From Octopus vulgaris (taxonomy: Eukaryota), in assembly GCA_951406725.2 (NCBI GenBank), contig OX597822.1, forward strand, positions 106,268,001 through 106,332,000: DNA of 64,000 bases, given 5' to 3'. The notes under the pieces are model-generated. The model searched no databases, had not been told where the DNA came from, and worked only from the letters and a program-made list of their open reading frames with translations. This document shows, piece after piece, positions 12,548 through 28,972 of this stretch (position 1 is its first letter; each line of letters begins with the position of its first letter). The translations under genes were made by a program, and so were the position numbers.

Positions 12548-12925
12548 TTATTCGAGGATCGCAAGAGAGCGATACTTATTGTTAGGCCCGATAAAATTAT
12601 TCGTATTATCCAAGGTTACGTAAGTGTCAAGAGAGTTATAATTAGTAATAACACTTCCATTGCGATGGTGATAGTTAATACAGTTACAGGGATTATTATT
12701 AGCTATATAATCCTCATTTACATGAGAATCGCTGTGAATGTTATCAGGGTTGGTTTCATTATTATCAAGGTTAAAGTTAATGTCGTCAAAGCCACCGCTG
12801 ACACTATTGCTGCTACAAGGACGGCTAGTACCGCTACATATAGAGTTAATGTAGTTAGAGGTTGAAGTATTCAGCTGACAGATTGTCATAACTTCTAATG
12901 TTGGCTGCTTCTCTATCTTAGTCAT
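12548..12925 (-). CDS. possible Asn/Ser-rich exon of an unidentified host gene
   Basis: 125 aa non-microsatellite ORF in unique-looking sequence; no recognisable domain; splice sites not established. Confidence 0.2.
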   Translation of the reverse strand: MTKIEKQPTLEVMTICQLNTSTSNYINSICSGTSRPCSSNSVSGGFDDINFNLDNNETNPDNIHSDSHVNEDYIANNNPCNCINYHHRNGSVITNYNSLDTYVTLDNTNNFIGPNNKYRSLAILE

Positions 12926-13036
12926 CTCTGTTTATGTAGCTTATGATTCGACAGCTACTACAACTGCTTTGGCTGTCGACGCTAGGATTGTAATTATTAT
13001 CATTATTATTGTCGCCACAGCTATCCTTATTATTTG

Positions 13037-13259
13037 TTTCTTTATTACCCACAAGGGGCTAAACACAGAGGGGACAAACAAGGACAGACAAACGGATTAA
13101 GTCGATTACATCGACCCCAGTGCGTAACTGGTACTTAATTTATCGACCCAGAAAGGATGAAAGCAAAGTCCGCCTCGGCGGAATTTGAACTCAGAACGTA
13201 ACGGCAGACGAAATACGGCTACGCATTTCGCCCGGCGTGCTAACGGTTCTGCCAGCTCG
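13037..13259 (-). mobile_element. tRNA-derived SINE, family M (Meta-like central domain)
   Basis: Reverse complement gagctggcagaa..gttctgagttcaaattccgccgag..tttcatcctttc.gggtcgataaattaagtaccag..gggtaataaagaaa; many copies in the window. Confidence 0.85.
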
Positions 13260-13327
13260 ATCCTTATTATTACTATTTTTCAACCTTCACCCTTATGGCA
13301 AATAAATCAAAATCCTTATCCTCATGA

Positions 13328-15551
<2,224 letters not shown>

Positions 15552-15574
15552 TTATTATTATTATTATTATCATT

Positions 15575-15673
<99 letters not shown>

Positions 15674-15701
15674 GTTATTATTATTATCATTATTATTATT
15701 A

Positions 15702-15750
<49 letters not shown>

Positions 15751-15764
15751 TATCATTATTATTA

Positions 15765-15804
<40 letters not shown>

Positions 15805-15818
15805 CATCATTATTATTA

Positions 15819-15852
<34 letters not shown>

Positions 15853-15866
15853 CATCATTATTATTA

Positions 15867-15915
<49 letters not shown>

Positions 15916-15956
15916 CATTATTATTATTATTATCATTATTATTATTATTATTATTA

Positions 15957-15996
<40 letters not shown>

Positions 15997-16025
15997 CATT
16001 ATTATTATTATTATCATTATTATTA

Positions 16026-16062
<37 letters not shown>

Positions 16063-16088
16063 CATTATTATTATTATTATTATTATTA

Positions 16089-16155
<67 letters not shown>

Positions 16156-16157
16156 CA
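15552..16157. repeat. ~600 bp (ATT)n/(ATC) array
   Basis: Direct reading. Confidence 0.95.
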
Positions 16158-17292
16158 TTTTCATTGCATGAGAGAGCAACGCATGTCCGTCTTTTCTTTT
16201 CCAATAAGTCTTTCCATTTCTAATTATAAAGATCATGAGTTGAACAAAATGCCCAGTATGTTTGAAAAGTATGTGTATTATACTTTCGTTTTACTTTAGA
16301 GTTAAATATATGGCCGTCCGCAACGAACTACTTATTTTTGTTTCTTGTTTTTTAATGTAATATATATTCTTGACGTCTAAACAACTGTCTTCAGTCATTT
16401 ATTTGTGAGTGGTTACTAGTTCATAAGTAACCTTTCATATACATATATGTATATACACATATATAAGTATATAATAACTACTTATATATGTATGTATAAT
16501 ATATAGGCATACATATATTATACTTATACAAGTATATACAAAAATATATATGGATGTGTGTGTCCGTGTATGTGGTCCATATATATAGATATGTGTACAT
16601 ATATATATGTATGTGTATATATATGTGTGCGTGTATATATATATATATATATATATATTTATAAATCTTTGTGTGTGAGCGCGCGTGTGCGTGTGTACGC
16701 AGGTATCTGTACATACAGACATACATGTCCATATACAGAGTTTTGTTATGGAATAAATCTTCTGATTATTCCCTAAGTTCTTGTCAGAAAGGATTTGGTA
16801 ACAGAAGAACCGATTTCGGGATCATTATATTTCCTCGGTTTCTGCTTAAAACGCGCTTTACAGCAGAGGAAATAATAACTTATGGCTTTATAGAAAATGC
16901 TGTTTAGCTCACACGTGAGGAAGCTACTTTGTATATTGGTTTTCAATTTAGCAACTGTCAATTATTCTTTCGGAAACCAATTCTATTCTCTCTATATATT
17001 GCCTCAAATCGTTCCACGACGAGACTTTGTTCCAAACACATGACTATATTCCGGTAAATTTAGCATGGGGAACAAATGACAAAATCGATTTTGTGCATAT
17101 TTACGATTGGGTAAGAACTGAGTTCTAATTATTTCAATATTCTGGAGAATTTCATGTTAAATAATGGCTAAATATTATACAAACAATATATGCCTGTCCG
17201 ATTTCTAAGGGTATACGGGTAGCTCTGCCTATAAATGCGTATGCATCTATGTACGTATGTATGCACACAAGTATTTATTATATGTGCACATA

Positions 17293-18496
17293 CAGGGCTT
17301 GGGCAAAATAAAGGAAACACCTTTAAATTTCAAACAAATTTATTTTAACATGAGGTTGGACCGCCTTTGGCAGTAATTGCACCTTGAATTCTATGGGGGT
17401 ATGGACTCGTACAAAGTTTGAATTGTTTCCAAAGGAATTTTTGTCCATTCTTCAGCTAAAACAGTCTCCAGTTCTTGTAGTGATGATGGTGGAGGATATT
17501 GATTCCTTACTTGTCTTTCTAACATCCACCATAAATGTTCAATAATATTGAGGGGCTGTAGTGGCCAGAAGATAAGATGTTCAACTTCAATAGAATGTTC
17601 CTCGTGCCATTCAGTAACAACTTTAGCTGTGTAAATTGGTGCATTATCATCCTGAAAGATTGCATATCTCTCCCGGAAACAGTTTCGCAACCATAGCATG
17701 AATTTGATCACATAAAATGCTTAGTCTTGACTATTAATTCTGCCATGAAAGGAAACCATTGGGCCGGTAGATCTCCAAGATACAGCCCCCACCCCATCCC
17801 GGGTGATCACAGATTCTCTTCCATGTTTAACAGTTGGAAGATGGCACTCTGGGTCAAATGCTTCTTTTGGCTGTCTCTACACGTATACTCGGCCGGTGGT
17901 CGGAAATAAGGTAAAGAATGACTCGTCCGAGAAAATAACATTCTTCCACTGCTCTAGGGACCAATTCCGTTGGTTTTTACTCCACTCTAAACGCTTTGCA
18001 ACAAAGTAGTGGTTTTCTGAAAGTAGTGGTTTCCCTTTTTGCAGCTCCCGGCGAACAGTTTTTTGTGGAAACTGGGTTTTCGAGGTGGTCATTAAGCTCT
18101 GCAGTAATTTTGGGAGCTGCAATGTTGTGATCCTTTCTGAAAGTTTTGGTTTTCTTCCGGAGTTTTGTTTCGACGAGGAGGTTCCCCTCAAAGGCTGTCA
18201 TTACTTTCGAGACAGCACTTCTTCATACACCAAACATATCGGCTGTTTTCGTTACGCTAGCGCCTGCCATACGAGCACCAACAATTTGACCTCCTTGAAA
18301 GTCCGATAGATCCGTAATTTTAATGAATTTTAATTACCTTTTTCTGATGATATTTAAAAAGAAACAGCAATTTTAGCAAAACATATTAAGCAACACTAAA
18401 CATAAATAAAAAACATAAAAATAAACAAGTTTTATAGATATTTGAAAATTATGACGCTATGGTGCTAGGTGTTTCCTTAATTTTATCCAACCCTTG
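17293..18496 (-). mobile_element. degenerate Tc1-like transposon
   Basis: TIRs cagggcttgggcaaaataaaggaaacacct / aggtgtttccttaattttatccaacccttg with TA flanks; WKNVIFSDES, FQDDNAPIYTAK, LNIIEHLW. Confidence 0.9.
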
Positions 18497-18748
18497 TATA
18501 TGTCCTTTAATTTTGTGTGTCTTAGAATGTGGAGCTTTTCATATCTTGCAAATACCAAACACATATATACACATACGCGCACGTTTACATATATACATAT
18601 TTGCATATGTACGTATCCATATGCATGCATACATATATTCAAGTTGCATAAAGCTGATCAAATTATTATTAAATAAAATACATACATGTGTTTGTGTGTG
18701 TATTTGTGTGTGTGTATGTGTGTGTACAGAGACAGTGAGAGAGGTCGG

Positions 18749-18794
<46 letters not shown>

Positions 18795-18795
18795 T

Positions 18796-18850
<55 letters not shown>

Positions 18851-19150
18851 TGTTTCTTTATTAGCCACACAGGGCTGCACACAGACAGGACAAATTACAA
18901 GGTACAGCTTTTCTTTTGCGGGTAAAAAAAGGGGGTTTGGTTTTCGATCAAAAGGGATCGTAAAAGGAAAGAAAGAGGACAAAAAAGGGGGGGATAACAT
19001 TTTTAAAAAAAAGGGGGGGAATTGATCAATAAGGATCGTTATCACAGAAATGTCAATATGAAGTGTAAAGGGGAGGACAGGTGAGGTTTACCCGTGGAAA
19101 GAAAAGCCTACGGAAAAGACCACGGTAACCTCGGTCAATGAAGTCACATG
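18851..19150 (-). mobile_element. probable LINE 3' UTR fragment sharing its tail with SINE family M
   Basis: tttctttattagccacacagggctgcacacagacaggacaaattacaagg resembles the SINE tail tttctttattacccacaaggggctaaacacagaggggacaaacaagg; upstream body differs. Confidence 0.45.
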
Positions 19151-19298
19151 TTATATTTCTTTTTGTGTGCAAAAGTGCACACTTGACGAAGTATAAAGCG
19201 GTAGTCAGCAATCAGAAGCTACTTATTAGCAAGTGTATGAGTTAAATATAAGCTATATACGAGTTTCTGTGCATATGTGCATGTGTGGGAGTGCACGC

Positions 19299-19335
<37 letters not shown>

Positions 19336-19338
<3 letters not shown>

Positions 19339-19457
19339 TGGCCTGCTCACTTAGCCAGCAAGGTGGCATCATTTAAAGGCTAAAACAATGCTAAGCGCAT
19401 TGTGACCAGCGATGTGTAGCAACATCTGATAGCCTGGTGGGTCAAAGTGACACGGTG

Positions 19458-19460
<3 letters not shown>
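19336..19460 (+). repeat. short interspersed repeat (second copy 21717-21840)
   Basis: acattggcctgctc.cttagccagc...gtgacacggtga occurs twice. Confidence 0.7.
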
Positions 19461-19496
<36 letters not shown>

Positions 19497-19515
19497 CATA
19501 CATACATACAGACAG

Positions 19516-19609
<94 letters not shown>

Positions 19610-19619
19610 ATATGTAAAA

Positions 19620-19978
19620 TAATACAAACTGGGACAAGAACGTAAAACATTTAGAAGACGATACAAAAAACACGGACGGGACATTCGAACCCTTCAATCT
19701 TCAGTCAAGAACCGGATCATCTTCGCAATTTCGGCTGATTAATCTTGAGATTGCTCCGACCTGGCCAGCCCCAAAGGAAAATCTAAGCCAAGCACATTAG
19801 ATTCCTTGGAAGAAAGCCTCGAATGTATACAAAACAAGGACGGAAAACCGGACGATGTTACACGAATAGGAATACAAAAATACGTAAAAACAATAACGAT
19901 AATAATAACAACAACAAAAACAGGACGTCACAGACATGCGTCTTTTCGACAGGACGAGTAAATTTTTGAGCTGGCGTT

Positions 19979-19980
<2 letters not shown>
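19620..19980. repeat. unclassified interspersed repeat (diverged copy ~46400-46750)
   Basis: Shared tcttcagtc.ag, tctaagc.aag..cattagattc.ttggaagaaagc, gaatgtatac.aaaacaaggacg. Confidence 0.55.
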
Positions 19981-20029
<49 letters not shown>

Positions 20030-20031
<2 letters not shown>

Positions 20032-20369
20032 AAATTAATTAAGGGTAGAAATTGATATTAGTCAATTAAAACCGGTGGACTAGCATATTAAAAAGAATCC
20101 GAAGATTAAAATATTTATATATACCAATTAAGGACTGAACACGAAAAGTGGACAGTCAACATGCTAGATATAGACGTCAAATCGCCATTCTCCACAAAGA
20201 TTATGTTCTCAAATAAAATAAAATAAAATAAAATAAAATTCTCAAATAAAATAAATTATGTTTGTGCTGAATTATATTTTATTTGAGAACATAATCTTTG
20301 TGGAGAATGGCGATTTGACGTCTATATCTAGCATGTTGACTGTCCACTTTTCGTGTTCAGTCCTTAATT

Positions 20370-20373
<4 letters not shown>
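20030..20373. mobile_element. PLE-like end with ~100 bp fold-back
   Basis: Arms ~20121-20220 / ~20275-20373 are reverse complements; 5' part resembles the aagggtaaaatt terminus of the 9672/30740 family; within (TA)n. Confidence 0.6.
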
Positions 20374-20413
<40 letters not shown>

Positions 20414-20592
20414 CGTACATACATATACCCATATATTTATATACATATATTGACACACATATATATATATATAATATATATAATTTAGAGAAAAACCACT
20501 ATTATATATATATATATATATATACATACATATATACACACACAAATATATATACATACGTACATACATATATCCATATCTATACACACACA

Positions 20593-20669
<77 letters not shown>

Positions 20670-21892
20670 TATGCATGTATGTAGATACGGTATTAATGAT
20701 AGTTTTGACAATGAAATATCTTTCACCTTTTCTAGTTGATATCTAGGGATCTCATGTAAAACAAAATAGGCGGGAAAGGGGAGTTGCAATGACGTGCAAA
20801 ATAACAGTGACTTTGGGAATAATTTGAAAGTTTATATCACTGTTATCAACAATAATCTATAATTGTTCGTAGCGAAATGCCATAATAGCGATTATGTTTT
20901 TATGTTACACTGCAAACGACCTTGAAAGAAGCCTTAACGTGGCAAACCAGCATTCACTCATTCCTTGTAGTCAATAAAACCGTTGACCCTTTAATGAATA
21001 TCTCTGATCAAGACAAGTCAAGAAAAGGAATTTTTCATCATACACAAATGCGCAGGATAAGATAATGACAACAATAAAGCATTTATTTTTTTATTTTCTG
21101 GAAGAAGAGGGTATGTATCATCTGAAATATCTTTTCATCGTTCTTTATTCAATTATCAATAATATCTTTTTATTTACAAACATTTTTCTTCCTCTGATTC
21201 AGCAAGCGCTCTTCAAATTTCTGACAAATCTACAAGCATTTTCTTATCTAAGAAATGGTATTATCTAAGTAGTATTTTAGTATTGTTTCTGAAAATATCA
21301 TTTCTTTTTTTTTTTTTTTTTGCTGATCTTTGCTAAATAAACTGAAGGATCAATACTTTGATAAAATCATATCTGAACGGATGAGCACCGACCAGACAGG
21401 AAAACAAAAATTACATTCAAACAAGGAAATAAAAGAGGAAATGTTTACCAAACTAATTTTAAGAGATGATTTATGGATGCAGTTGCACCACGCTTCTTAC
21501 AAGATAACTCGATCGATTGCCACTTTGAACAATGGTATAAATATTCAACTGATTCATAAATGACACAAATTCAATATCAAACTGTGATTGACTATTGGAT
21601 TCAATAGAGTAAATTCAGGAGTTTGTAATGTCTTATATGATTGAACCAGTATTGACTTCCCAGTTTATTTAACGACGATCAGAAAAAGATATTTTCAGGA
21701 GTACTACTCTTAAAATACATTGGCCTGCTCGCTTAGCCAGCGGGGTGGCGTCATTTGAAGGCTAAAACAATGCTAAGCGCATTGTGACCAGCGATATGTA
21801 GCAACGTCTAATAGCCTGGTCGGTCACGGTGACACGGTGATATATACATACATACATACACATATATATGTACGTATGTACATATATATGTG

Positions 21893-22115
21893 TTGGCAGA
21901 AACGTTAGCACGCCGGGCGAAATGCTCAGTAGCATTTCGTCTGTCGCTACGTCCTGAGTTCAAATTCCGCCGAGGTCGACTTTGCCTTTCATCCTTTCGG
22001 GGTCGATTAAATAAGTACCAGTTACGCACTGGGGTCGATATAATCGACTTAATCTGTTTCACTGTCCTTGTTCGTCCCCCTCTGTGTTTAGCCCCTTGTG
22101 GGTAGTAAAGAAATA
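21893..22115 (+). mobile_element. SINE family M
   Basis: Full match to the 13037-13259 family. Confidence 0.85.
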
Positions 22116-22538
22116 GTATATATCACCGTGTCATTATTTTATTGTGTGTGTGTGTTTTATTAAACAATTTCGCTTAGTTTACATAAATTTTTAACAAGTG
22201 TAGTTAGACGTGTTACATCTATTATTATTATTATTAGAGTAACCAGTAAAAAATTATTCCATAAGATCTATCTTCGTATAATATTCTCAATCCCATACCT
22301 CAAGCTATTATTTTTTTTTTCCTTAAATAATTCTATGTTGCAGCCATTTTTTAACGTAATCAAATGTTCAAGTTTATATTCATAAGCGAGGAAAAAATTT
22401 TCGAGAAGCCCTCATCGGCAAAACACCGCAAATTTATATAAAGCTAAGCTAATGATAAAGAATTACGTAAACATTTTCTTCGGGAACAAAAGATATTTCC
22501 GTAAAGCAAAATGTTGATAAAAAAAAATATCAATATCA

Positions 22539-22950
22539 GGCGCAGGAGTGGCTGTGTGGTAAGTAGCTTGCTAACCAACCACATGGTTCCGGGTTCAGTC
22601 CCACTGCGTGGCATCTTGGGCAAGTGTCTTCTGCTATAGCCCCGGGCCGACCAATGCCTTGTGAGTGGATTTGGTAGACGGAAACTGAAAGAAGCCTGTC
22701 GTATATATGTATATATATATATATGTGTGTGTATATGTTTGTGTGTCTGTGTTTGTCCCCCTAGCATTGCTTGACAACCGATGCTGGTGTGTTTACGTCC
22801 CTGTCACCTAGCGGTTCGGCAAAATAGACCGATAGAATAAGTACTGGGCTTACAAAGAATAAGTCCCGGGGTCGATTTGCTCGACTAAAGGCGGTGCTCC
22901 AGCATGGCCGCAGTCAAATGACTGAAACAAGTAAAAGAGTAAAAGAGAGA
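22539..22950 (+). mobile_element. tRNA-derived SINE, family C (CORE-like, internal (TA)/(TG) tract)
   Basis: gtggctgtgtggtaag..ggttcagtccc..gcgtggcatcttgggcaagtgtc; tail (gtaaaaga)n; about 12 copies in the window. Confidence 0.85.
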
Positions 22951-23114
22951 GAGTATACCAGATTGGACAAATATCTCACCGAGAAGTTTATCTCTACGAC
23001 TTGAATACACAAAATTGTTTTTGACTAATCTCGTGTGAAATAATTATGAAAAGCAAATTGTGAAGCTAAGACAGTTGTGGGTCTTTCAATAGCAATGACA
23101 TCATGTCGAGTCAT

Positions 23115-24525
23115 TTTATTTCAGAAAATGTTCCATCCCCGCCATCTTTATTTGCCTAAGTTTCCTTGTTCCAGCAATAATTACCTGTTGAGCAATTCCA
23201 ACAAACATAGGACCTCTGCGCAATAGCAAAAATCCCCTCGAAATCACACTTCTTGACATATAAATATGTAAGGTTACATTGAAGAAAGGCTGAAGGCGCT
23301 CGACCTTTATTCTCTCAAAAAACGACGACGCTGTGGTAATCTAATTCTCGCTCACATCATAATCGGAAAGTGTAACCTCTCGAAAGAGCTGTTCTTCGCT
23401 CCTGGTCCAGAGCGTGGGCTGCGAGGTCACTCCGAAAAGCTCTATCTACGACGATTTCATCTCAGTCGAAGGAGAGGGGCTTTCTCCGTCCGGGTTGCGG
23501 ATCCGTGGAATAAGCTGCCAGACGAGATAGTGAAGATGCCGACGACCGCTCGGTTCAAAATTTCTCTTGACCAGAAATGGCCTGAACTCTTTGTATGACC
23601 ACCCTCCCTGTACATAACTCCCTGTCCCCCTACATGTCCTTGCTTTTGCTTTTGAGCCAATAAAAATTGAATTGAATTGAATTGAATTGAACAAAGTAGT
23701 CTTAGACATACAAAATATACACAGCTACACGGAGCGACTACGGTTGGAGTGCCATTTAACCATAGGTTAACGATGACTTCGGACTAATTAACAACCAGCT
23801 TAAGCAAATTAGCCAGCAGCTTCGAAAGTGGGGAGTTGATTCAGTTCGTCCAGATCTCACGTCATTTGAATTACCATAACCACAGATGGAGGACAGTCTT
23901 CGAATCATTACTGACAGAATTAGGTAATATCTATCATAAAATCGTTATCGGTGTCAGTTATTCTACTCGATGCTACTTGCAATGGTCATAGCTGCTGTGC
24001 TGGCTACAGACAGTTTTATCAATTCCACTGATGACCATGAACCATCAATATTTCTAAAATTATCTTCTCTCCTCTTTGCAAATCCATATACTGTGTTCAG
24101 TGAAGTATACGTTATATCTCTTGGCTTCAATAAACACCAGAAAGCAAGATTAAACGCGATATTTGGCGGCGGTTTAGGATTCCTATTCTTATGATTTTCC
24201 GTGTATATTTCTGTTCCTTCGTCTATGCAACTGGTTAAAGTTGCTGTTCGAATATTCATATATATTTATTTGTTACGCTGTTTAAATAAAGGTTATTTGA
24301 ATATTTCCAATAGTGGAAAATATTTCCAGCTGATCTGCTTAAAGTTTATAGCGGTCAAATCTATACAAGATATTGTTCACTTGTTATGACAATACATTAA
24401 CGTCGAAGCTGTTCAGGGGATCTAAATTGAGACTATGTTTGTTGGAATTGCTCAACAGGAAATTATTGCTGGAACAAGGAAACTTGGGCAAATAAAGCGG
24501 GAGATGGAACAGTTTCTGAAATAAA
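23115..24525. mobile_element. unclassified element bounded by ~95 bp inverted repeats
   Basis: 23115-23210 is an imperfect reverse complement of 24433-24525. Confidence 0.5.
23281..23690 (+). mobile_element. CR1 LINE 3' fragment
   Basis: EERLKALDLYSLKKRRR..LRGHSEKL..FSVRVADPWNKLPDEIV..FKISLD; AATAAA then (AATTG)n tail. Confidence 0.85.
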
Positions 24526-24831
24526 TTATATTTAAAGAAAATTCTCGTATACTTGCTTCGTCTTTCATCGTTTTGTCCTACATCACTTTTATATATGGAT
24601 CATAAAACTATTTTCGTCTTGATTCTCCTATTTTAGACTAATTTGTGTTAATGAGAGGAAGATCAAGATTAGCTATTCTTAGTATAGCAGAAATACATCT
24701 AGTAAGATTTCTTTTGATCGTTCTGTTAATTATACCATCTATCATACCATCAATTAAATATATACAATAAAATATTATACGCTTTTTTGACATACTCTTA
24801 TCCTTTATATATATATACATTATAAATATAC

Positions 24832-24869
<38 letters not shown>

Positions 24870-25003
24870 GTATAACACACACACACACACACACATCCAC
24901 GATTATATCCGTATGTATGTGTGTTTATGAGCATAAATACATACCTAAACGCACACACACACACATACAAACAAATATGCAGTTTACATACATATACAAA
25001 TGC

Positions 25004-25035
<32 letters not shown>

Positions 25036-25036
<1 letters not shown>

Positions 25037-25208
25037 GGCGTAGGTTAAGTTGTGGCTGTGTGGTAGGTGGCTTGCTTACGGACCACGTGGATCTATGTTC
25101 AGTCCCACTGCGTGACACCTTGGGCTTGTGTCTTCTACTATAGCCTCGGGCTGACCGAAGCATTGTGAGTGGATTTGGTAGATGGAAACTGAAAGAAGTC
25201 CATCGTAA

Positions 25209-25270
<62 letters not shown>

Positions 25271-25640
25271 ATATATGTGTGTGTGTCTATGTTTGTTCCC
25301 CAACATCGCTTGACAACGTAGCTGTTCGGCCAATGAAGCCGATAGAATAAGTATTAGGATTACAAAGAATAAGTCCTGGGGTCATATTCTTATATATATA
25401 TATAAAGGATAAGACTATGTTAAAAAAAGCGTATAATATTTTATTGTATATATTTGATTAATGGTATGATAGATGGGTATAATTAATAGAACTTATCGGT
25501 TCAGCAAAAGAGACAGACCGGTAGAATAAGTACTAGGCCTTAAAAAAAGTCCTGGGGTCGATTTGTTCGGCTAAAGACCCTTCAAGGCCGTACCCCAGCA
25601 CGGCCGCAGTCAAATGGCTGAAAAAAGTAAACAAAAAAAG
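25036..25640 (+). mobile_element. SINE family C pieces interrupted by an inverted copy of 24720-24810
   Basis: Family C match at 25036-25383 and ~25497-25640; ~25398-25492 is the reverse complement of ~24720-24812. Confidence 0.7.
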
Positions 25641-26294
25641 AACAAACATATATACTCAGTTTTCATGAAATATCCTTTCTACTATAGTGCTTAACTGGTA
25701 CTCATTTCATCGACCCAGAAACGGCAAATGTGAAAGTCGATCTCGGTGGAATTTGAACTCAGGACGTAAAGACGAACGAAATGCCGTTATGCGATTTTTT
25801 CCGGTGTGCTAACGATTCTATCAGTTCAGTGCCTTCTGTTTGTATGAGATACTGTGTTTCCCTCAGGCGTCACCTTACATAAACGGTTGAAATCCAAGTT
25901 CAACAACGAAACTTCAGCGTAGAGAAATACGGTAAGCAACGCGTTTCAACGTCACCTGATGGAAGATATCTTTACTAATAAAGAAGACCAGCATGATGCA
26001 AACTAAATTCTTGGTAAAACTAATTGTGACAGCCAGCAAAATCTCACATGGATAATTTACAGACAACGTAAGGCTCAAAATTATAAATAAAGAAAGGCAA
26101 ACTCTCAGCAAAAAAGAAAATTACGAAGAAACTGAAAATATTTCCAATATTTCTTTTCTCAGGTCCGCAGCTTTGAAAACTTCAACCAAATATGAAAAAA
26201 CCAAGAACTTCACGAAGTACTTAATTTGAAAATGTATACCGTTGAAATTTAATACAAAAATATGAACAGTCTTTTAGGCATGACGTTTACGTTG

Positions 26295-26886
26295 ATTTCA
26301 AATGTTGGCACAAGGCCAGCAACTTATAGGAAGAAGGTAAGTCGATTGCATCGTCCCTAGTGATCGACTGGTACTTATTTTTCGACCTCTAAAGGAGGAA
26401 AGGCAAAGTGGCCTCGGCGGAATTAGATCTCAGAAAGTAAAAAGCAGACGAAATAGCGCTAAACATTTGACCGGCGTGCTAGCGATTCCTTTCTACCCTA
26501 GGCACAAGGAGGGAAATTTGAGGGAAGGGGGGGCAGTCGATTAGATTGGCCCCAGTACACAAGTGGTACTTAATTTATCGACCCCGAAAGGATGAAAGGC
26601 AAAGTCGACCTCGGTGGAATTTGAACTCAGAACGTAACGATAGATGAAATACCTATTTCTTTACTACCCACAAGGAGCTAAACACAGAGAGGACAAACAA
26701 GGACAAACAAACGGATTAAAGTCGATTACATCGACCCCAGTGCGTAGCTGGTACTTAATTTATCGACCCCGAAAGGATGAAAGGCAAAGTCGACCTCAGC
26801 AGAATTTGAACTCAGAACGTAACGGCAGACGAAATACCGCTAAGCATTTCGCCCGGCGCGCTAACGATTCTGCCAGCTCACCGCCT
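26295..26886 (-). mobile_element. SINE family M cluster/dimer
   Basis: Three overlapping units; junction gaaatacctatttcttt at 26646. Confidence 0.8.
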
Positions 26887-26949
26887 TACTCATTGTTGTA
26901 ATATATTAAATAACGTCACATCCCTGGCACAGTATATCTCATGCAAGTT

Positions 26950-27674
26950 GTTTTCCAGTAAGGTAGCAGAGGGCAAATGCTTTGTAGCTGATATATAACC
27001 TTACATAGTTACCGCAGATGACAATCAACCTCAATTAGGGAAAACAATAACACGCAAGAAATAGACCTAAAGAAATGAAAGACAGCGAAACACATTAATA
27101 TAATAAATATATTATGATGGTACATCCGTATGGCCATCGGCATCCGGTTAGAACCATTAAACTAGTATATGTCCCTCAAGAGTAATTGTCCCATTCACCA
27201 TCATTTCAGAGAATATAAATGCACACTATACATTCTTGTATGCAAACACTACAGATAAAACATGAGGTGACATAATGACCACAGAGCTAAATTCCAGTTA
27301 TGTTCTAAATAACCCGTACTAAGACACGGATTCCCATCACCAAGGTAATTGCAAGAAGTACATTCCAGACATCTACACACCAAACGGCCCCAACCATGTG
27401 GCAAAAATTCTTGACTCTTCTCCGAATTCTTGTCTCTGTGGACATAACAACGCACTTCGTATGAAGTAAACAAAGAAGAAAGATATATCAGAGACATCAA
27501 AAATGCCTGGTGGAGCCGCCTTTACAGGTAAATTAAGATTTGGAGAATTCCACAACATAGCAATCACCAACATCGATACTGCAGTAGAAAAATAAATTCA
27601 AAACAATAACTGTAGATTAGGCAAAATCATGTGTGTTTGTGTATGTGTGTGTCGCGTATATATATATATATACA

Positions 27675-27724
<50 letters not shown>

Positions 27725-27743
27725 TATATATACATATATACAT

Positions 27744-27776
<33 letters not shown>

Positions 27777-27777
27777 C

Positions 27778-27817
<40 letters not shown>

Positions 27818-28345
27818 TTATGTGTATGTATGTATGTGTTAGACAAGACACCATAAAATACATCCCTGATTATGCAACTAAAACAACTAATTAGATAAAA
27901 ACTAGACAACCTCAAACAACACATAAATAACACACACAACCAGAAATTTACTCAAGATCAAGCAATTAAACGATGAAATAACAAAGAAATATCAGAACTT
28001 TAGGTAAATATATATTCAACATAAAACCATAAAATTTGCAATAAATCACTACACAAAGTAATTAGCAGTGTCAACAACTTTAACAACGGCCAAACCACGC
28101 CATACTTCACAATAACAATTAAGTATCGTAGCCATTCGCCAAGAGCGAGCCAATTCTTTTATCAAATTCTTTTCTAGAATTAACCTCCAAAGACTTCTCA
28201 AAGAATAGAAGAACTCATAATACAAAAATACTTAGCTTTGTTCTTGAACCATGACGTGAAGCTTTTCCAGCCATAATACAGGAGGAAATCAATAAGAAAA
28301 TCCAAATGCCTGTGACCGACAAATTCTCAGGTATAAACTTTTAGT
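26950..28345 (+). pseudogene. old LINE ORF2 remnant (APE endonuclease and linker), split by a microsatellite
   Basis: Scattered motifs in shifting frames: YVP, TRIP, IPDI, ILVSV, AAFTGKL, IRKSK..DKFS. Confidence 0.4.
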
Positions 28346-28404
28346 ACCAAGAATCTGAAGGAAATCATTGCACCCAGTATTATCTTTAACTATTTATGTC
28401 AAGG

Positions 28405-28560
28405 CTTGACTGTGTGATAAGAAGCTTGCTTCCTAACCACATGGTTCCGGGTTCAGTCCCACTGCGTGGTACCTTGGGCAAATGTCTTCTACTATAACCT
28501 CGGGCCGACCAAAGTCATGTGAGTGGATTAGGTTGACGGAAACTGAAAGAAGCCAGTTGT
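28405..28560 (+). mobile_element. SINE family C 5' half
   Basis: Match to the 22539 head. Confidence 0.8.
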
Positions 28561-28794
28561 ATGCATACATGTGTATATATAGGCTGTCCCAAAAGTTACA
28601 GATGGGATTCGGTTTTTAATAACTTCCTTAACTTTAAAAATGAATTCACGAAATTTTGATACAATATGAAGGACATAATGGAAATTGATATACATAACTC
28701 AAATTTTGCAACACCACTACATCACACATGAAAAATGACATTACTTAAATGGCAGCCATTTTTGACTTCGCACACCCGTGCTCTTGAAAAAAGA

Positions 28795-28972
28795 GGCGGA
28801 GGAGGAGGAGAAGAAGGAGAAGAAGAAGTGGAAGAAGAAGAAGAGGAAGAAGAAGAAGGAGGAGGAGGAGGAGGAGGAAGAAGAAGAAGAAGAAGAAGAA
28901 GAAGAAGAAGAAGAAGAAGAAGAAGAAGAAGAAGGAGGAGGAGAAGGAGGAGAAGAAGAAGTAGAAGAAGAA
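28795..28972. repeat. (GAA/GGA)n purine tract
   Basis: Direct reading. Confidence 0.95.

Noticed and set aside
19678-19760. Hammerhead-like CTGAAGA on the minus strand (also ~46490-46520)
   Set aside because: No correctly placed GAAA or consistent stems.
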